DNA of 64,000 nucleotides from Octopus vulgaris. Lineage: Eukaryota. The notes under the pieces are model-generated. The model worked only from the letters and a program-made list of their open reading frames with translations, was not told the DNA's origin and did not search any database. The stretch lies in assembly GCA_951406725.2 (NCBI GenBank), contig OX597815.1, forward strand, positions 90,582,001 to 90,646,000, in the 5' to 3' direction. How positions within the stretch are numbered: the first letter of the stretch is position 1; each line of letters begins with the position of its first letter. A program made the translations under genes and the position numbers. Below, piece after piece: positions 57,276 through 64,000 of the stretch.

Positions 57276-58196
57276 TGCTCATCAAAGCAATCTATCATGG
57301 ACTAACAACTGGATTGCTACCTCCCATTTTGAAGGGTGTGCGCCTGCGCTCCAGAAACAGGAAATACCATCTAAATACCTGAGGAACAAAGGATGCAGAA
57401 GAGCAACAAAATGTGACAACCGATGCAGACTTTGTGGAATTAACGCCAAAGATTTCGCCCACATCATACGCAGTTGTCCGAAAATGTCATCATGGTTTAA
57501 TCTACCGACGAGATATGAGGTTGTAGTTAGGACACTGTATAACGAGGTCCGTCGAAAGAATAACCCTGGGGACAAAGAAATAAGAACGCACAGTTTGGAT
57601 AAAGCCAATGTCACTCATAATGAAAAGGAGTGCCGGTGGAATGTCCCAGGGTAAACCTCGATAAAATGTAAGCACAATAGACCTGAAATAATGATTTGGA
57701 TAGAAAAGAGAAACTGTTGTGGAAATCGGCTGCCCAGAGAATATTGACATAATGCTAAAAATCAGTAAAAAAGAAAATATCTATGCTGAACTATTGAGCG
57801 ATGTGCAGTTACTCTATCCAGATTACAAGTTCAGGTTTATACCTGTAATTATTGGGGCACTGGAATATCTAATACACTGCCAAAAGTCCGATATTGAGAA
57901 ATTTAGCTTCTCAAAACCAGAAAGGAGAAAACTGATTCGAAGACCCAGTCCATCACTGGAATTGTAAAAATCTGTAAAAGTTTCCAGTCGTTTATCATTT
58001 AAGTATATATGAGCATATCTAGATATACAACAATATACATGGGAATACATAGATAAAACAAACATACAAATGTGCATATATACATCCGTACAAAAATATC
58101 ATTAATATTGAAACTCCAATGATGGACTCTTGGATCTAGGTTAGAACTGGAAGTTTCTCTATTGGCAAGAAATCTTGAAATAAAACTGAATAATGA
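57276..58196 (+). mobile_element. 5'-truncated RLE-type LINE (distinct family) inserted in (CATA)n
   Basis: CRLCGINAKDFAHIIRSC knuckle, KHNRPEIMIW, VEIGCP..K.NIY, FIPVIIGAL. (CATA)n lies at 57235-57275 and 58197-58252. Confidence 0.82.
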
Positions 58197-58566
58197 CATA
58201 CATACATGCATACATACATACATACATACATACACACATACATACATACATACGTATATATAGTTGAAATTTACAGAAAAACAAATGACGAAGTCAGGTG
58301 TATAACAACAAGCAACTATATATATATATATATGTATATATATATGTATATATATATATATATATATACATAAAATATTTTTCAGAATGAGGTTAAAATC
58401 CAAGGGTCTGAAAATATTAGAGCATTTATATATTGATTGTCTAGAGAATCAACAATTCATTTCATTTTACTATATATACTATATATACTATATATTTATA
58501 TTCTACATTAATATTATAAAGAATATAAATAAAACATAAAATGTAGAGTTGGAATTTCTTTGAATA

Positions 58567-58597
<31 letters not shown>

Positions 58598-58619
58598 TTA
58601 TATATTTGTATATATCTAT

Positions 58620-58712
<93 letters not shown>

Positions 58713-58899
58713 TACATATATAATTCATAAATAGTTAATAGAGAAATAGTTAGACAGAGGTATTAGTTATTACAGGGTTCTATATAGGTGTGCGCAGTTA
58801 TAGCTGTATGTCTAATAGTGAAGAGTAAATTTAACCACCTACCAGAAATAGGTCTTTAGGCTACATACATGTTCCTTCTTGATATCTCTCATTTCAGCT

Positions 58900-59350
58900 G
58901 TCTACTTCAGAAATAGGGAAACATCGTCATTTCGCCCTGTAGTCCAGACTATCACGTGTCCTTATATATCGATGTTATAATGCGTTTCCATTGTTCTGTT
59001 GACTGCACTATTCTATTTCGGCCTGAACTATTTATTCTATATAAATTTGCATCCTCTTGGAAGACTTCCGGTGAGTTTATTCAGATTTCTTAAACACCAC
59101 TCGAATAATACATGAGTCTACCTGTTGCCTGTGAGTCTTGCAATATACCCAGCCCTACATAACTTATGCTTTTGATATTCCGTGATTACATCGTTCACGT
59201 AATTCTGCTCTCGAATGGCCTAATTCTTGGTATGAGTAACTCCATGATATTCTGTGTTGAAGTCACTCAGTATTCACCCGTCATCGTAGTAAATCATGTT
59301 TTACTCTCACAAAAGAACGGATGCATGATGATGCAGCTGAAGACAATAAC
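58900..59350 (-). mobile_element. Decayed RTE-clade LINE 3' end
   Basis: IREQNYVNDVI...KLCRAGYIARLTGNR*THVLFEW..R..K..G.LP resembles the RTE C-terminus W.WAGH.AR....RW...VLEW.P...R..GRP. Confidence 0.6.
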
Positions 59351-60599
59351 AATAAAGGACTATAAAATGCCATTTAGGGTATTAAAAAAAAATTCATAAT
59401 CACAAACATTATCGATAACTAACTTATTTGAATAAGAAAACATCAGGGTATGATCAAATCCTAAACCTAACCTAAAAATACGCAGGCCTCTATTCACTAG
59501 CATCCAAAATTACTCGCACGAAAACTGCTAAATCTTTCAAATTTGATAACAGGAATTACTTATCAAAATTTTGAAAGTCAACAATAGCTCATGTGTCGTT
59601 ACATCATACAGACCCATAAGTTTCCTAAGAAATACACTCAAATTTTTTCGAAATAACCACATGCCCACATCGCAACACTGATTCACACAGCTAACCTCAA
59701 ATACCACAATACTCATAAAAATACATTGACATATTCATCGATAAAGAAAAATACCTACGCATATTCTATCCCTCACGTCGTGCACACACGTCTTTTCCTT
59801 ATTATTTATTTTAGTGACTATTTTGAAAATTGACAACTTTCATTGTTTCGTGCGTATTTTTAAGTTTGTGAATGAATTTATGTTTAAAATATGTTCACTG
59901 TGTGGATGTGTGTATGTATATGTACCACAGATTGATTTAATTATTATTACGGTCTATGTTTCCTGTAAAATAGATATTGTTTCGTTGTTTCTGATCTTTT
60001 TTATTATCTGTTTTTTTTACCAAATATCTTCTCGCGCAGGGGTTCAACATTCATGACCCTCCTCTTTTTTCACATCTGACATCACAGAGAGTAATGTTGA
60101 AGATATCAGATGGAGCCGTTTAAAAAACATCGTTTACTGCCAAAATCTTGGCACTGACCTTAACCACATTTCTGGAGAGATAACATTCCGTTGTTATCAG
60201 AATAAACTTATGTCTGCCGATATCTATAGCTGTCGTCGCTTTTAAAATAAGCCGATGAAGCCATCTAGTACAATCTACACCTTTCGTTTAGACTGTTCTA
60301 AGATTGATATATATTTGACGTGTTAAAAGTAACTGCATTAATTATGGTTTTCCTCTTTCATCATTTTTTTTTCTTTTTCTTCACTTTTATCCCAAGGTTA
60401 AAAAAATTTGTTCCGTGATGTTAACTACCACATAATTCAGAATGGAAATATTTTCGTTTAGAGTTTTTGATATGATTAAAAGGTGTGCATTTAAACGCAA
60501 ACTCACACAAGAGCACATATACACAAAGGCAACTATATCACTTATGTGCATACGTGTGTGAATGTGTGCGTATAACATATATATACAGAAGTACTTAGA

Positions 60600-60930
60600 A
60601 TGACATGTACTGATTTTAGTGACCCCGAAAGGATGAAAAGCAAAGACGACCTAGGCGGAATTTGAACTCAGAAAGACAAACGAAATGCTGCTAAGCATTT
60701 TGTCCAGAGTGCTACCGATTCTGCCAGCTCGCCGCCTTAATAATAATGATAATCATTTCTATTATAGCCACAAGGCCTGAAAGTTTGGGGGAGGGTACTA
60801 GTCGATTACATCGACCATAGTGTTTCACTGGTACTTAAGTTATCGGCTCCGAAAGGATGAAAGGCCAAGTCGACCTTAGGGGAATTTGAACTCAGAACGT
60901 AGCGAGCGACGGGCGAAACAATGCTAAGCA
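60600..60930 (-). mobile_element. Two tandem SINE family B copies (60600-60738 and ~60760-60930)
   Basis: CCGAAAGGATGAAA...GGAATTTGAACTCAGAA...GCTAAGCA occurs twice. Confidence 0.85.
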
Positions 60931-61437
60931 AAAATTCTGCTCAATACCACATATTTGCTTGTCAGTTGTTTGACCCTAACCAGTTAAGCACTCCCTTGGT
61001 GGCTGACGCTATGTGCATCTCTGATCATGAGCAGAAGTAGTGGGGATGCATCATAACAGTGTGTTGAAAGGAATTATTAGAGGTTTTGATAATTGACATT
61101 TGGAAACATGGGTGGTTCGTTCAAAATCCTTAAGCAATCCTTATTCAGTGACATTTTGAGTGGAATGGGCTACTCGACCAGAAGAAAATTCTAACTGGGC
61201 CCCACCTGCAAGGTCATGCGCTGTTTATCTTGATATGAGATAATCATCTCGCACTCATATGGTTGTGATGCATATGCCTAGTGTACCCTTATCAGACGGG
61301 TAATCATGATGGGTATACTGGGCTTCGTATATTTTACCCCAGTGTCACTTTGATGGCAAGCACTGCTCTCTCACTCAATAATAATGTTGTTTTCATTTAG
61401 GAACGTGATCGGGTTTTTTCTGACAATGCGTTCCATT

Positions 61438-61925
<488 letters not shown>

Positions 61926-62600
61926 TCCTGTCAAAGTGATGCAGCAACTGTGTGAAGTAGCTTCTCCCTGGACGGAAGCAATGTTGTTTTCATTTAGGAA
62001 CGTTCCATTGTCTTGTCAACATGTGAGGTCAGAGAGATGGGCCTGTAGTTTTTAGCATCTGCTGTGCTCCCGCCTTTATGGACAGGACATATTATTCCCT
62101 CTTATAGCATGTTTGGAAGTTTACTACATGCAAGAAAACTCTGAAATAGTATCTGCAGTGGCTTTGCAAGAGCCTTTTTACATGTATTTAAGGGAACAGC
62201 CAGACGTTCATCTGGGCCTGTTGCTGAGTTTGAGTTCATCTCATCAATGGCCGATATTACATCCTCTTCTGCTGTGTTGATGTAATTGATGGTTGTATAT
62301 TTTCGGAATAGATTCGTTACATTGAAAAACACCTTCGGCTTGTTTATTTGCATATTTCCGGTGGAGAAGTGAAAACACTTCCGAATTGTTTATTTAGTGC
62401 TTCACTTATCTTCCCCGGGTCAGCAGTTAGTGAGCTGTTTTTACCAAATAGTGACCATATATTATAGCGTACTGAGGGAGACCCATCTGCCAACGTGTAG
62501 AAGGCTTTAGGATTTCCTTTTATATTTCTATCTTCTCTTTCTTTTTCATGCGAGATTTTTGAGTTTATTTTCTGTCTCGAAGATTTCCTCTGTCAGGTGA
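61926..62600 (-). mobile_element. Decayed CR1/L2-group LINE, RT N-terminal fragment
   Basis: NSATGPD..LNTCKKALAKPLQILF, ICPVHKGGSTADAKNYRPISLTSHVDKTMER. Confidence 0.78.
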
Positions 62601-62650
62601 GATTTCACACTGTCATTAAGGTGTTTGTTTAAACCGTTTGAGATCTTTTT

Positions 62651-62685
<35 letters not shown>

Positions 62686-63439
62686 CGTTGTCATAAATAT
62701 TTGATGGTAGTTCGTTGGTTTGCAAAATTTTGTTTTAGTTTTCCCAGTAGGAAAATCTATCTCCAAATTTCTCTTTATTTAATTCTGTATAGATCAGTTA
62801 AACCTATAGATAGAGAGACTCATATGATCGACTGGTTCTCTACTTTTCAATTCTACTACGTGTGTATATGAATTTTTTTTTAATGTTACATAAAGAGCAA
62901 TGGGTTAAACAGAGATTGCAAAGTAAGATATACAATGTTTTACAGCATTTAGTTTCGTATTTTTCAGTTATAAACATCAAATCCTTCTGTAGATGAATTT
63001 CTCTTTCATCCACATTTCGTATAAAAAATCCATCAGCACTGATATACTAATGTTGATTTAATCGACTATACCCTTCCGATAGAGATATTACCTTTTAACT
63101 AGACAAACACAGATCAATATTTACACAGTAAAAAATCCAGTACTTATAGAGAATGAAATAGAAAGGAAACTGAAAAAAATATATATAAACCTTGACAGTG
63201 TCTGAATAAAATAGCAAAAAAAAAATTAAGCGAAGATAGAAAAAAACAATTGATCTTTGGATAGGGAAAGCGTGAAGTCAAATATTACGTACACTTAAAC
63301 TTAAAAATTTAAATAGCACACACTCAAACACACACATACGTGTAGACATACACTAGCCCACTCACACACACACATATATAAATATATACATACATGCAGA
63401 CATACATATATACATACATGCACACATACATAGAGACAT

Positions 63440-63715
<276 letters not shown>

Positions 63716-64000
63716 GCGTATGTGTGACTATATGTTGTCATACCTAGGTCAACTTTTGTGTCGGATGTCGATACGATAAAAAGGGTCAAACTGAATATTT
63801 CTTTTCTGTCACATTCCGCAGTTTAATTGTTCTTCACATGAAGCGGTAATGAGTTCCTTCAATCGCATAACCAATCTTTATATCAATACAAATGAAAAAT
63901 AAATTGCACTAATTTATACAATCGACCTGAAGGCAGTTATTTTCCTTCACATTGACATTTATAGCTACTAAAACTATCAAAGAACAAAATCAATATTGTT

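Overview
AT-rich eukaryotic genomic DNA, very rich in microsatellites. The SINE families and repeat landscape point to an octopus (coleoid cephalopod), which is an inference from recalled repeat families. I found no confidently intact host gene, and most ORFs in the supplied track are microsatellite artefacts. The window is mostly mobile DNA. It holds at least six Penelope-like retroelement (PLE) copies, one with ~1.1 kb inverted arms (8066-12367). It also holds a nearly full-length, frameshifted R4/Dong-type restriction-like-endonuclease (RLE) LINE (22024-26606) plus several RLE fragments that sit in microsatellites. Three families of tRNA-derived SINEs, Tc1/mariner, hAT and Chapaev-like relics, RTE and CR1-like LINE fragments and several fold-back palindromes make up the rest. 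The most notable signal is RNA-structural: about ten minimal type-I hammerhead ribozyme motifs, intact, decayed or partial. Four belong to a short non-coding element made of a tRNA-like Pol III head, an (AAT)n tract, a hammerhead and an inverted terminal tail. One such element appears to have received a head-to-tail stack of three Dong-type LINEs inside its AAT tract. The young PLE carries a hammerhead with a compensatory U3-A8 core variant.
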